Of a DNA stretch of 64,000 nucleotides, positions 1-12,899 are shown piece after piece. Source of the stretch: Takakia lepidozioides (taxonomy: Eukaryota; Plantae; Bryophyta); assembly GCA_030704615.1 (NCBI GenBank), contig CM060733.1:25544001-25608000 (forward strand). The letters are read 5' to 3'. The notes beneath the pieces were generated by a model. It had not been told where the DNA came from. It worked only from the letters and a program-made list of their open reading frames with translations, and ran no database searches. The stretch's first letter is position 1; each line of letters begins with the position of its first letter. The position numbers were made by a program, and so were the translations under genes.

Positions 1-1570
1 CCATGCCTCCCATATCTCCCTCCCTCAGAAGCAGGAGGTGACCATCCGGCCTTGGAGCCGGTACCACATGAGCTGTAGCCATGGCAGCGAGCCTCTGCTC
101 TAGCTGCTGAAGTCGGTTGGCCATGCCTTGGTAAACACCCTGACCTCCGCGTTCTTGGCCATGTTGAGCTTGCCCTTCGCCTACATCTTGTGTCTGGCCA
201 CCTCGTCCTCTCTGGGCTGCCCCACCTCGCCCCCGGCCACCATTGTTCCCTTGGAACTGGCCTGGGCGCAACTCGGGATGCAAACCATAACACTGGGCCT
301 CTGCATGCCCGTGCTTGCCACAATGCCCACACTGCAACTGTGCAGGCTGTGCATATGCTGGCCCTTTGCCTTCCTTTGGGCAATCCTTCTTGACATGGGG
401 TCCTCCACATGTACAACACACCACCTCTGCCCGTTGTTGGCCTGCAAATGAAGGGAGAGACCCCTACATCCGAGGTCCTCTCTATCCTTCCCTGGGCTTC
501 ACCTGGGCCCCCTTGTTGTCTTGAGCACGTTGAGGTAGTGATTGGCTAGGAGCACCACTACCCCATGGTGTCTCCTTAGCAAATCCCACCATGACCACTC
601 GTTCCTCCACCATGTTGAGCTCTATCCGCTCTGCCAGCAAAAACACATTTGCTAAAGTGGGTTGGGCCGCTTGTAGGAGAGTTGCATCCCGCACCCTTCT
701 CCTCAGCTCCTTGTCCAATATCTCATACCAGAATTGAACTACCTGAGCTTCCGTAACCCCTTGGGTTACATTTATCAAGCGCCTCATGCGAGTGAAAGCC
801 TCCCTCAAGCTCTTAGTAGGTTTCCGTTGGAACTCTTGCAAGCTCCGCAACTTCTCTGTCCTCACCCCTTGGTAGTTCCCTCTCAACTCTTCGAAGAACT
901 CCACAACAGGGTTGAAGGCAAGCACGGGTACTGGTGCTGGTGTAGTAGTGGCTTGGGTGGACGTCGTAGCTACGGTACCACCAGTCCCACTAGTCCCACT
1001 GTTGCTTGCTGAAGCTGCCGGTGCAGCAGCGGCAGGTGTAGCCACTGCCCTCGTGGCTCTAGTGCCCCTAGTGATGGAGACATAGTCGGGTGACCAGTAC
1101 ATCCTCCACTCCTCAATCTCAACCTCATGCCCCCGCCTGAACTCATGGTAATTATCCATAGGCGGCCCCTCAAGGTGCTGAAACAGCCCCTTCTCTATGC
1201 CATGAAAGGCGTAATAGTTGTGGATTGCGCATTTGCTGCAAATCACACCAACTATCAAACTCTTGGATAAAATCATCCAACTCGATGGTGCCCACCGCCC
1301 CAGAGTACCTTTGTGCCCCTTGGTAGCTCCATACATCTCCTCCATTGTTCCCACAACAATGGCAAGAAAACAACTTGCACCGCCGTTGTGAGTCCTCCTG
1401 ATTCACAATCCAAATCAGAACCTTCCGTAGAAGACACAGGAGGTGAAGGTGGCCTAAACTGCACACCTCGTCTCGTGTACCCACTAGTATCGCTAGTGCT
1501 CAAACCGGCACTATCCCCAGCAACTAGTGGCACCTCCGTGTTGACAAACTGTCACTCAAACGGTCATGAC
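1..1570 (-). pseudogene. gag: Ty3/gypsy retrotransposon gag (frameshifted, runs off the left edge)
   Basis: ORFs 1170-1484 and 482-1354 read as retrotransposon gag (ELDDFIQEFDSWCD, EKLRSLQEFQRKPTKSLREAFTRM). Downstream minus-strand frames give two zinc knuckles, CCTCGGPHVKKDC (~380-420) and CGHCGKHGHAEAQC (~290-332). Confidence 0.8.
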
Positions 1571-2234
1571 ATGTCCCTAACCCCCTCTTCACAAGGTAAC
1601 CGGTAGCGAACCTGTTGCGGCTTATGGTTTGGAATACTAGGTTCCTAACATAGCCTACACCTGCACCTGCATCCACCGCAAACTCTCCTATGGTTGGCTA
1701 GTCATCACCTCCAACCTCACCACAAGAGAAACAATGATGGTCTAACTGGTCATCACCCCAGCCTCACCATCGACAGCATGCTCTAGGACTGGCCGGTGAT
1801 CAAATCCGGATCATTCACCTATAAAAACAAACGCCCACACAAAACTAACATGAAGCACAGTCAAGCATGCAGGTATGGAGGGGATCCAAACACAAGAAAT
1901 CAGAACGACAACTCCCCCACACCAAAAACAACTCCACGGTGTTGCTCCTCGATGAAACCCAGCCAAACTCGGACTGACTCTTGCCCCACCTACGGAAAGG
2001 TCTTGGCCTAATGAGAGGGTGGAAAACTACGAGGAAGAGAAGCTAAAGCAATGCCTAACCCCAGCATGCCCTCATCCCAACACTCTTCCTCTCCTCTCTT
2101 CCCTCACTTGCATGGCCATGGGAATATCATGTAGATACTCCTCAAACCGTCCTCCACGAGCGTCAAAATTCGGCCTTCACATGCCAGTCCTTAGGCAGTC
2201 CACCAGTGCCTCCACGAGTCAGTACAAGCTGTCC

Positions 2235-2715
2235 ATAGGTCACTGGTCACAGCCGTCACAACCCCACACAGGCCACAGGCCACAGGTCACAGCCTATCAC
2301 AGCACCCACACACAGCCCCACGCCCATCACAGTCTGTCACAGCCCCCCAAGGCCACATGTCACAGCCCGTCACAACCCCTCACGGCCCCAAAGGCCACAT
2401 GTTACAGCCTGTCACAGTCCATCACAGCCCCATAGGCCACAGATCATAGCCTATCACAGCCCGTCACAGCCCCAAAGGCCATAGGCACAGCCGGTCACAG
2501 CCCCAAAGGCCACAGGCACAACCGTCACAAAAACCCCAACCCCTCACACCAAACTCACCCGCATAGCCCCACAGGCCACAGGGCATAGCCTGTCACAGCC
2601 CTTCACAGCCCATCACAACCTGTCACAACCCCTCATAGCCCCACAGGCCACAGGGCACAACCTGTCAAAGCCCACCATAGCCTGTCACAACCCCTCACAA
2701 CCCCACAGGCCACTC
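2235..2715. repeat. Degenerate CACAGCC/GGCCACAG minisatellite upstream of gag
   Basis: Dozens of imperfect cacagcc, gtcacag and ggccaca motifs in tandem. Confidence 0.85.
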
Positions 2716-3124
2716 ATAACAGTTTAGCCATTTCTCCAAGGGGTTTAGCCACGCCAAGCTAGGGTTTGTGTCTTTTGGACTCTAGGCTTCTTTGCACCGA
2801 GCTATGGCGGCTGTGAAGAAATCAGCAAGGTATTCTTGCTCTTTCAGCTCCCACACACCACCAATAGTAGCCCTAAGCCATGAGGAAGATAGTTGCCACA
2901 AACCAAGCTTTCTTTCTCACTTAGACTTCCCAAACACGCCACTAAACTCAATGGCAACAACCAAGCCTTACTGGTTTCCAGCCCTTGTGAGCACTCATTC
3001 AATCGTTTTCCTTGGCCATAGCATCTCTCTTAGAACCTATTCCAGCCCCCTACACCTGCCACTTCAAGAGCCATGCTCTATCTAGGCTTGAGATTGAAAC
3101 CCCACCTCACATATGCCCTATAAG

Positions 3125-3767
3125 TGTCAAGGACGAGAACATGACTGAACACAAACAAGAGATAAGACTAGAGGTACAAGGCTAGACAAGAAGTCAAGGT
3201 CGGCGTGGCCGAATGCACGATGAGTAAATAGAAATCAAGATGATCTTTATAACAATGAACAAGAGTACAAGATATTGGAACACGACTTGAATACTAGAAT
3301 GCTGGAAATTGGACTAGAGTACCAGATACTGGAAACTGGGCTAGGGTACTGGGAACTAGACTGGAGTACTGGGAACTGGAAACAAGAGTAGCTTGAATTG
3401 GTGTTGGCGACACTGAAGAGTGTCCAGTCTCGCCTCCTATATATATTGGCTACTAAGAAGCTTCCCTAAGAAGCTTCCCTTATGGAGGTTGTTTGCTGGA
3501 GAAGTTTCCAAGATTAATCTTGATGGAGAAGCTTCCTTAAACAAATGAGGTATCTTGATGGAGAAGTTTCCTCCAAATGAAGCTTCCTGAGCAGTTTTCC
3601 AAGTTATTCTTGGTAATTTGGTAAACTCCCAGTAACTTGGTAAGTAATGGTAAATCATGATAAATCATGGTAAGTCATGGTAAGTCATGGTAACTTCGGG
3701 TAACATGGTAACATGATAACTTCTGGTATTTACTCCTGGTAAGTTCCTCTAGACTATGTCCGTGACA
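3125..3767 (-). mobile_element. Chromovirus LTR copy A (643 bp, TG...CA)
   Basis: TGTCAAGGAC...CCGTGACA, near-identical to 4331-4980 and 10131-10737. Flanked by ATAAG (3120-3124) and ACAAG (3768-3772), a 5-bp TSD-like pair with one mismatch. Confidence 0.9.
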
Positions 3768-4004
3768 ACAAGTGCTTTTCCTTCACCCAAGTGGGAACGA
3801 GCCCAAGCCCTTCCATTCTAGCTCTCTAAAGCTTGAAAACAAAAGCCCCAATAGGCTGAAGGCATGCTCCACACATGCCCCACTCTCACCATAAGAGAAT
3901 CAGCTCCTTTGCTTCATTTCTTGCACCCACAAACCTGAAAATACAAGCTTCAGCGGGCTGAAAGCATGCTCCACACATGCCCTACAAGGAAACCAGCTCT
4001 TCCT

Positions 4005-4330
4005 TCAAATGCCATCAAATTTCTCGGGCATGCTGACCTTTGGTTCCCTTGTAATCTGTTGAAGATTTGGAGGAGCTGTTGCAGTAGGATTTGTTGTAGT
4101 AGAGACTCGTACGGTTGAAGATCCATTGTTCGACTCCTTCAACTCTGAAATTTGTTGTTGCAAATTGTTGAGAGCATTGCCTAGGTCTTGAGATTGATCA
4201 GCTTGTAGTTGGGCAGTAGAGGCACGAAGTTCTTGCATCTAGAGCTGAAGACTCTGCAATGTGGTGACCATTTCCGCAAATGCGTCTTCCATCTTAACTA
4301 ACTAAGGAACAAACTTTAGTCTCGCCAAAC
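4005..4330 (-). pseudogene. gag: Truncated duplicate of the chromovirus PBS and gag N-terminus
   Basis: MQELRASTAQLQ...REPKVSMPEKFDG matches 9815-10130 and stops abruptly at ~4010. Confidence 0.85.
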
Positions 4331-7300
4331 TGTCAAGGACGAGAACATGACTGAACACAAACAAGATATAAGACTAGAGGTACAAGGCTAGACAAGAAGT
4401 CAAGGTCGGCATGGCCAAATGCACGATGAGAAAATAGAAATCAAGACGATCTTTATAACAATGAACAAGAGTACAATATATTGGAACACACGACTTGAAT
4501 ACAGAATGCTGGAAACTGGACTGGAGTAGTACCAAATACTGGAAACTGGGCTAGGGTACTGGGAATTGGACTGGAGTCCGGGAACGGAAACAAGAGTAGC
4601 TTGAATTGGTGTGGCGAGACTGAAGAGTGTCCAGTCTCGCCTCCCATATTTGGCTACTAAGAAGCTTCCCTAAGAAGCTTCCCTTATGGAGGTTGTTTGC
4701 TGGAGAAGTTTCCAAGATTAAACAAAGGTTTCTTGATGGAGAAGCTCCTTAAACAAATGAGGTATCTGGATGGAGAGTTTCCTCCAAATGAAGCTTCCTG
4801 AGTAGTTTCCCAAGTTACTTTTGGTAATTTGGTAAACTCCCGGTAACTGGGTAAGTATGGTAAATCATGGTAGATCATGGTAAATCATGGTAAGTCATGG
4901 TAACTTCCGGTAACATGATAACTTGGTAACTTCTGGTATTTAAAACTCCTGGTAAGTTCCTCTAGACTATGTCCGTGACATCACGCCTCCTCTAGCGCCG
5001 AGTTCTTCGAGGAGCGGTAAAAATCTTGGACTTGCTTAGAGTTGGAGAAAATCCAAAATCCGACGAATGGTACGTGCCAAGTATTCGGCTCTTCGTTCTT
5101 GACTCAAATGATTTATAGGTCCCTGCAACCATCGATAATGTCCAACACCTTGAACTTGGGACCATGCAGTGATTTGAGCATTTTGATTTTCGAAACTGCC
5201 TTCAAACATGATTTCGTTGCCCTCTGGGTCCGAAGTCTCAACCCAACAGAATTATCAGACTTCGAGTAGGCTCCACTTGCCGTCGTACGGGGTCCTAACG
5301 AGGAAGTACGCGTCGCATTGGTGGCCCATCGTCTCGAGAGCGTCGGCGTGATGTTGAAGGTCGTGAGAGTCGGAACGGCTGATCTGGTAGCTGGGTAAGC
5401 GACAACTCCAATGTATCTGGTTCCTGCGACTCCATACTCCCAATACAAGATGCAAGAGTACTGGAAGTGTAGCTATGTATACTGATGTGTGGTGCTCCTT
5501 CCTCCTTAGCGTGTATCAGGTACATTGAATGCGGAGTCTTCACCTTGAAGCTAACTTGGCTGACATCATCGTTGTGACGTCTTATTGACGTGTAGCTCGG
5601 GGCGTAGCTGGATATCGTTGATGAAACTCTTGGATTTTGTCAGATGCATTGGCGAGGTTGGATGAGGGTTCCCACGTTCGTTCGCTGATGTCGTAGCCTT
5701 TCCAATGTACGAAATACTCAAGACATTTATACTTGATGCGAGAGTCTAGGACTTCGTCAACTTCATACTCAATTTCCTGATTGACTTCGATTGGTGGAGG
5801 TGGTACGGAAACTCTCCCTGGAATATTCGATTGATGATACAATTCCAATAATGAAACATGAAAGACTGGATGGATGCGCATACTTTGTGGGAGTTCAAAG
5901 CCAAAACTGATCGGATTTATTTGTCGAATATTTTTGAATGGTCCTAGGCGTTGATAATCCAACTTCCTTGATGGTCGCGAGGTTTGTATGTCCCGTCGAA
6001 GAAGCCACACACGATCTCCGACCTTGAACTGGGGTTGGAGTTGGCGACGTTGATCTGCATACTCATTGTATTGTTTTTGAGCTTCTGCGAGGTGGAATGT
6101 AAGCTCCTTGTGAATCGTAGCAAGATGAGTAGCAAGGTTTTCTTCAGCAGGGCTTCCAACAGTTTTCATGTGGAAAGGGTTTGCTCGAGGATGATGACCA
6201 TAGTTGGAGAAAAATGGAGTTTGCTTAGTCGAAGAATGATAGAGTTGTTGTTGGCAAACTCAACCAATGACAGAAGGTCCGTCCAATTATCTTGGTGATA
6301 ATTTATCGTACAGCGAAGATACTGCTCCAAATCTGGTTTACACGTTCGTTTGACCATCAGTCTGTGGATGATTAGCTGTAGAAAGGTTGATCATAGTATC
6401 CAATATGTGAAATAATCCCCTCCAGAAATTTGATATGAACTGTGGTCCTCAATCAGATACGATGTCCTTCGGGAGTCCATGAATGCGGTAGATATTATTG
6501 AGGAAGAGTCTTGTAGTTTTCCTCCTGCCGGTACCGTCTTATTGCATGGAATGAAATGTGTCATCTTCGTAACACGATCTACAATAACAAGAGTGAATCG
6601 GTGGTCTTGGAAATTGGAAGGTCCGTAATAAAGTCCATAGACACGGACGACCATGGACCCTGGGGAATGGGTAATGGTTGAAGAAGGCTGTAAGGTCGAT
6701 GTCGTGGTCCCTTCGCTCTAGCACACGTGTCGCAAGATTTTATAAATTCTTTTACGAATTTCCACATCTGCGGCCACCAATAGTCCCTGGATATTAACTC
6801 CATTGTTTTGTTGAAGCCGAAATGTCCTGCAGCCAGAAGATCTTGACATGTTAGAAGAGTTCGAAGTCGTGTAGGTCCTGGAGGTATATAGAGAAGTCAT
6901 TTGAAGTAAAGTAAGTCATCTTTGAATTCGAAGTCGTTTGTAACATGTGGGTTGTCTCGAGGTTGATTTAATTGACTTCGTAGTGTCGTAGCAAAATGGT
7001 CGCTCTTCAGTGCTTCCTGAATCTCCTTTATGATCTCTGCATCGTTATAGGTGGACATGGATAACATATTCAATTGGAGATTTGCTGGTTTCAGGATGAT
7101 GGATTTTTGTGGTCAAAAGCTGCATTCCCCTTCTTTTGGCGCAAGATACGATCGTCGAGAGAGAGCATCTGGTTTTCCTTGAAGATGTCCGGGACGGTAT
7201 AATATAACAAAATCAAACCTTGCTAGTGACATACTCCATCTCGCTTGACGTCGATTCAAAACACGAGCACTCATAAAATATTCGAGGTTATGGTGATCGG

Positions 7301-10300
7301 TATAGATAGTGACCTGATGTTTAGCTCCCTCCAATAGATGACGCCACTCCTCAAAAGCATCGATAATCGCTATAAATTCTTTTGTCATGGATTTCATAAT
7401 GATCGCCGCAAGCGAAAAATTTGCTAGAACGACAACCAACAGGTGGATTCGGCCATCTGTAACCGTATTATGAGAGTATCGCGCCAAGTGCAAAGTCCGA
7501 TGCATCTGCTTTTAAGAAGAATGGTTTAGATGGGTCTACATGTACGAGTATTAGAGCCTTTGTAATGCCTGCTTCAGCCTTCAAAATGTCTGGTCAGCCT
7601 TCTCGTCCCATACAAATTTGTCCTTCCCTGTGAGTCGTGTCAATGGGCACCTTTGGGAGTATTCATTGATGAAGATTCTTAGAAATTTGTAAAACCGTCA
7701 GAAAACATTGTACATCTCGGACCGAAGTTGGTTTAACAAATCCACTCGATGATGGTTTTGTATTTTTTTTTTTCCATAAAAGACGCCTTTGTCGAAATAA
7801 TGTAAGCCCAGAAATTCGACCTCAAATTGATGGAAATGACATTTCTCCAGCGTGGCTATACGTCATCTTTTCTCTTAATTTATCAAGGACAAGGTGTACA
7901 TGGCGGCCATGTTCTTCTTCGTTCTGTGAAATATCAAATGTCGTCCAAATAGATGACTACAAAGTCATCTAAAACTTCTCGAAATATGTCATTCATCATC
8001 GTTGGAAAATTGCTGAGCCATTTGTAAGACCGAAAGGCAAACCTGTATTCAAAATGTCCATACCTTTGTTCGAAAAGTTGTTTTTCATTCGTCTCTTTCT
8101 TTTATCCGTACAAGGTTATAAGCTCATCTCAAGTCGATTTGGGTGAAAATCTTCGCTCGCCCCAGCTTGTCGGACCCAATAAATCGCGGCAATGATAACG
8201 ATTCTTGATTGTGACTTTGTTGAGATGCGAAGTCGACACCACTGCGTAATTGATCCGTCCTCTTTGTCACAAACAAGATAGGCGCCCCCGCGGGTGATTT
8301 TGAATCTCGTGAAGTCTGTTGACAAATTTTCATCAATGTATTCGCGTATGCCAGCCAACTCCGCGGGATAAGTTAATAGATTGGGCCGAATATGTTGGGC
8401 TCCTTCTGTAAGTCATTGCACAGTCGTAAGGTGTGTTTCTTGGCAATATGTCTGCATTTTTCTCTCGAAGACATCATTGAAATCTTGATATTGACGGCTA
8501 ATGTTGAAGTACCTTTGTTCTGTTGTGGTCTTGATCGGATCGCATAAAGTGCAACTATCGCCCCTCCTTTTTGGTAGCTCTCATGAAGGGCTCTAGCGCC
8601 AGAAACAGGGGTTGATACCTTTGGTACTTTATCATTTTTGTCTTGCCGAAATTTTTCGTAATTACCAGTCGATGTCAGGATTATGAAGTACAAACCAGGA
8701 GGAGTTCCAAGGATCCACAGGATTCGTTGAGACTGGATGCATTGAAACAATCTGTGATGCTTTATTTTTAATCGTCACTTCAAGTGGGTCGATTTCATGG
8801 TCAACATTTCCTGATGTTAATTGTCGTCCATCGATACTTCAAGGGGCCGAGAATTTCTTTCTACGAGTGTTAATTGTATTGCTTTCTGCAAAGTCTTTGT
8901 CAATAAAACACGCTGAAGCGCCCGAGATCCAAAGTGCTTCTAAGGAGATATCTCGATTTTGTATCCAGATCTTTACTGGACTGTGAAACAAGATACACGG
9001 TCTGGAGGTAGCAGAGACCTTTTTTTTTGAGGAAGTTGTGTTCCAGCCGCATGGTCCCTACTATGACTGGACATCTTCGGTTTTCCGACCTCCTCGTATC
9101 GAACACTTGAGTGGTGCCCCGAGCTTTGAATCTTCTCTTGTTGGGGCAGTTTCATGCCATGTGATCATTTTCTTTCCTCCGCAGTACAGGCTAATCCCAT
9201 TCGAGCGTCGTCTTTGTTTTTCATGTGGCGTCATGGCTTCAATCGGACACATCAATCTACATAGGATCATTACCGGATGGCTGATGGTCTTGTATTTGGG
9301 GCCACGTATTCAGCGGCATGGTGCGTCGTCGTCCATCGCGATCGCTTCTCTTGACTTCTTTCGAACAAACGATTATCGCATGCAATGACTTGGGTGATGA
9401 CTTCGCTCATTGTCTCACGTTTGGTATTGTCGCCAACAAATCTTGCATCATCTTTTAGGCCACATCGAAACTGACTAATGATGCTCTTCTCATTCCAGTC
9501 AGGTCGCACGCAGTTGTCGAATATCGGCAGCATAAACGAGCTGGACGTGCTCATTATCGGAGATTTCGCCCGCATCTTTGTCTCTACAACTCCTTCTCTA
9601 TCATTCCTCCAAACGTTGCGGCCTCGGACATGACCGCTTCAAAATTGTATAGTAAATGCGAATTTTTCTCTAATAGCGGTGCAACCAAGATAGGGCAGTG
9701 CCTGATAGAATGGTGCCCACGAACCCACTTGAATATCTTCATCAGAGTAGCGTTGTGGATGTAGTCGTGGAACAATCGTACTTGTTGAACAAAACCGCGA
9801 AATCTTGATCTTGTCCCCATCAAATTCTCGGGCATGCTGACCTTGGTTCCCTTGTAAGCTGTTGAAGATTTGGATGAGCTGTTGCCAAGTGGAATTTGTT
9901 GTAGTAGGGCTCGTAGGTTGAAGATCCATTGTTCGACTCCTTCAACTCTGAAATTTGTTGTTGCCAATGTTTGAGAGCATTGCCTAGGTCTTGAGATGGA
10001 TCATCTTGTAGTTGGGCAGTAGAGGCACGAGTTCTTGCATCTGGAGCTGAAGACTCTGCAATGTGAGCCCATGTCCGCAAATGCGCCTTCCATCTTAACT
10101 AACTAAGGACAAACTTTAGTCCCGTCAAACTGTCAGGACGAGAACATGACTGAAACCAACAAGATATAAGCTAGGTCCAAGGCTAGACAAGAAGTCAAAG
10201 GTCGGCGTGGCCGAATGCACGATGAAAATAGAATCAAGACGATCTTTATATACATGAACAGAGTACAATATATGGAACGACTTGAATACTGTATGCGGAA

Positions 10301-10737
10301 ACTGTACGGGAGTAACCAATACTGGAAACTGGGCTAGGGTTACTGGGAACTGGAAACAAGAGTAAGCTTGAATTGGTGTTGGCGAGACTGAAAGTGTCCA
10401 GTCTTGCCTCCTACTATATACTGGCTACTAGAAGCTTCCGTTATGGGTTTGCTTATTGGAGAAGTTTCCAAGATTACAAAGTTTCTTGATGGAGAAGCTT
10501 CCTTAAACAAATGAGGTATCTTGATGGAGAAGTTTCCCCTCGCAAAGGAAGCTCCATGAACATTTTCCCCAGTTACTTTTGGTATTTGGAAACCCCGGAT
10601 AACTGGTAAGTAATGGTAAATCATGGTAAATCATAGTAACATCACGATAAGTCATGGTAACTCCGGTAACAATAAACTTGATAACTTCTGGTATTACTCC
10701 TGGTAAGTTTTCCCTCTCTAGACTATGTTCCGTGACA
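4331..10737 (-). mobile_element. Full-length, degraded Ty3/gypsy chromovirus (Tcn1-like)
   Basis: LTRs at 4331-4980 and 10131-10737; PPT-like AGAGGAGGCGTGA at 4981-4993; PBS next to 10130. Internal domains: gag (PKVSMPE..DG..SRFRGFVQQ), RT (KSPAGAPILFV, KIFTQIDLR, VVIYLDD), RNase H ([29 protein letters not shown]), integrase (RDYWWPQM..CDTC, PWSSVSMDFITDLP), chromodomain. Confidence 0.92.
5582..10092 (-). pseudogene. gag-pol: gag-pol polyprotein with C-terminal chromodomain (many frameshifts)
   Basis: ORF fragments 9639-10080, 9270-9575, 8124-8336, 7113-7505, 6579-6803 and 5582-6169. The last contains the GPF motif, IHPVFHVSLL and EYEVDEVLDSRIKYKCLEYFVHWKGYDISERTWEP. Confidence 0.9.
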
Positions 10738-11150
10738 ACATTGCTTTCTTTTCAACCCAAGTGGAAGAGCCTAGCCCTTCCATTTTAGCTCTCTAAAGCT
10801 TGAAAACAAAAGCCCCCAATAGGCTGAAGGCATGCTCCACACATGCCCCACTCTCACCATAAAGAATCAGCTCATTTGTTTCAATTTCTGGCACCCACAA
10901 CCGGCAAAATACAAGCTTCAGCGGTCTGAAAGCGCTCCACACATGCCCTACACGGAAACTAGCCATTCCTCCTTCCTTCTTGCACTCCCAAACCTGAAAG
11001 TACAAGCCTTCAACAGGCTGAAAACATGCTCCCCAACATGCATTGCCCTCATATAAGGGAAGTCAGCCCTCTTCCCTCTTCCTTGCTTGCCCTCCAAACT
11101 TGAAGATGGAAGCTTCAATGAGCTGAATACATGTCCACACATGCAACCCT
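10738..11150. repeat. ~100-bp degenerate tandem repeat (GCTGAA..CATGCTCCACACATGCCC); its first ~240 bp are duplicated at 3768-4004
   Basis: Motif recurs at ~10822, 10925, 11016 and 11122, and at ~3855 and 3957. Confidence 0.7.
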
Positions 11151-11819
11151 CTTCACGAAATAGGTGAGTTATATCAGCCCCCTATCTTGGCTCTTTGGCT
11201 CCTTGATGCTCTCTAATACATACTAAGCACTCCACAAATACCAGCCCTGCCAAGCTCCTGAAACCCTAAGGCTTACATTTCCAGCCACAAGACACTCCTC
11301 TTGTGGTGCCATGACTCTTCCTTCCAAGCTCTGAAACCCTATGGTGCACATTCCATGGCCTTGTCGCACCTCTTAGCCTTCATGGTCCGCCCTGCTCTTC
11401 TTCCATGACAAGAGCCCTCTCATGCTGAAGCTCGAATTGAAACCCAATCTCACATACCTCCACAAGTGCACTGATTTGCCCCAGCCAAATCAGCCCTTTC
11501 CGCTTGTCCTTGCAATCCTTCACACATGAAAGCTCGCATTCCCAAGTCCAGTTTCTCAGCGTTGCCACAACGCCACTATAACCTGCTCTTGACTGGTCCC
11601 TCTTCCCCAATCGTGCTTGCTCATCATGTACAAAATCTGAAACCATCAAGGTGCTCTGGAATTACCACCTGCAGCATGGTGCTTTCACCTCTGAAGCTGA
11701 AGATCGAATCCAATGTCCCTCCCACCTCGTACCCCACACTCGCGTCCGCTTCTAACACCAAGAAGCTCCACGGTGCTCCTTCATAACAACCTGGTTTTCT
11801 CTCATTCTCAGCAAACACA

Positions 11820-12035
11820 GTGCTACAACTAACTCGTATCTGGCACTCACAGATACGAGCTCATCTTCTCGAGTGATAAAGAGGACGAATCTCAAGCAAA
11901 AAACCAAAGTGCTAAACTAACTCGTATTGGCACTCACAGATACGAGCTCATATTCCGAGAGTGATAAAGAGGAAGAAAGAATACAAGCACGAAGCTCATG
12001 CGAGTGATAAAGAGGAAGAATACAAGCACACGTCC
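11820..12035. repeat. Short tandem repeat (~90-bp unit, then ~45-bp unit) with internal hairpin CTCGTATCTG-N7-CAGATACGAG
   Basis: GAGTGATAAAGAGGA occurs three times. The GTGCTA..ACTAACTCGTAT..CACAGATACGAGCTCAT block occurs twice. Confidence 0.7.
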
Positions 12036-12259
12036 ATGCGAGCTCACAAAGCCAAGCATAAACTCATGCATATATAAACTCATCACTCATACAAATCAAG
12101 CAAGTGCCCCCACGCCATGGGGAATCCACACTAGGCCCAAAAAAAAAATGACGCGGTGAGAGGCTCAACTCGAGAAAGATGAGCCCCCGCGCTTGCCGTG
12201 AAGATAACCACTCCAGGGCCTAAATCTCTCTTGACCCCTGATTGACACTTGGGCCAATC

Positions 12260-12600
12260 CCAAATATAGATGCCACAAAGCTGATGCTCTTAAGGTTTCA
12301 AAAACAGGGCAGTTAATGGCTCTGTTTTTTGTGGTTGGATCATAGTTTAGGAGAATGATTTTGTCTGAAAGAGAGGAGGGGTTCCAATTTTGATAGAAGG
12401 CTTTGATATGGGGCCAAATCCTTGCTAGGGCTTGGCATGAAAGGAGGCAATGTTCTATCGATTCGATTACTGCAGAGAAACAGCAAGCACATAAAACCGA
12501 ACCCTGAAACTGTAGCGATTCCGCAAATTCGAGAACCCTATTTACTAAGATAGTCCAATGGTGACAACTGAGATGGACCTTGGCCAATACCCGCACTCTC
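12260..12600 (-). pseudogene. LINE (L1-like) ORF2 C-terminal zf-RVT fragment
   Basis: CACCFSAVIESIEHCLLSCQALARIW...LRASALWHL fits the zf-RVT CCHC region of plant L1 ORF2. Confidence 0.75.
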
Positions 12601-12899
12601 CTCCTCTCCTGACGGTACAAAAGATTGGGAAAAAAAATTAAAACCCCTGATACGCCATAAGGCACACACACAGTGTTCTGTGTAACACGAACATATCTCC
12701 AGATGAGCTAATATCTACGAAACTAAGAGAGGCACACTACCCTAGACTGATGTCTGCTGTAGATCAGAACGTAACTATTGTTGGACTTTCTAAGAGAATC
12801 CAACAAGACAGGGAAGGAGGGGATGTCGTGAGTAATTAGGCCATTGACCTTTCAAAAGCAAAGTAGAAGTGAAGTTGTTTGTAGTCTATCTGTAATGTA

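Noticed and set aside
3125-3767. Simple solo LTR
   Set aside because: It has TSD-like flanks, but its right flank is duplicated after the LTR at 10737, so it is part of a larger rearrangement.
6100-10800. Programmed frameshifting or unusual biology behind the dense indels in pol and LTR copy C
   Set aside because: Scattered 1-bp indels in this LTR but not in its sister LTRs look like low-quality consensus or plain decay.
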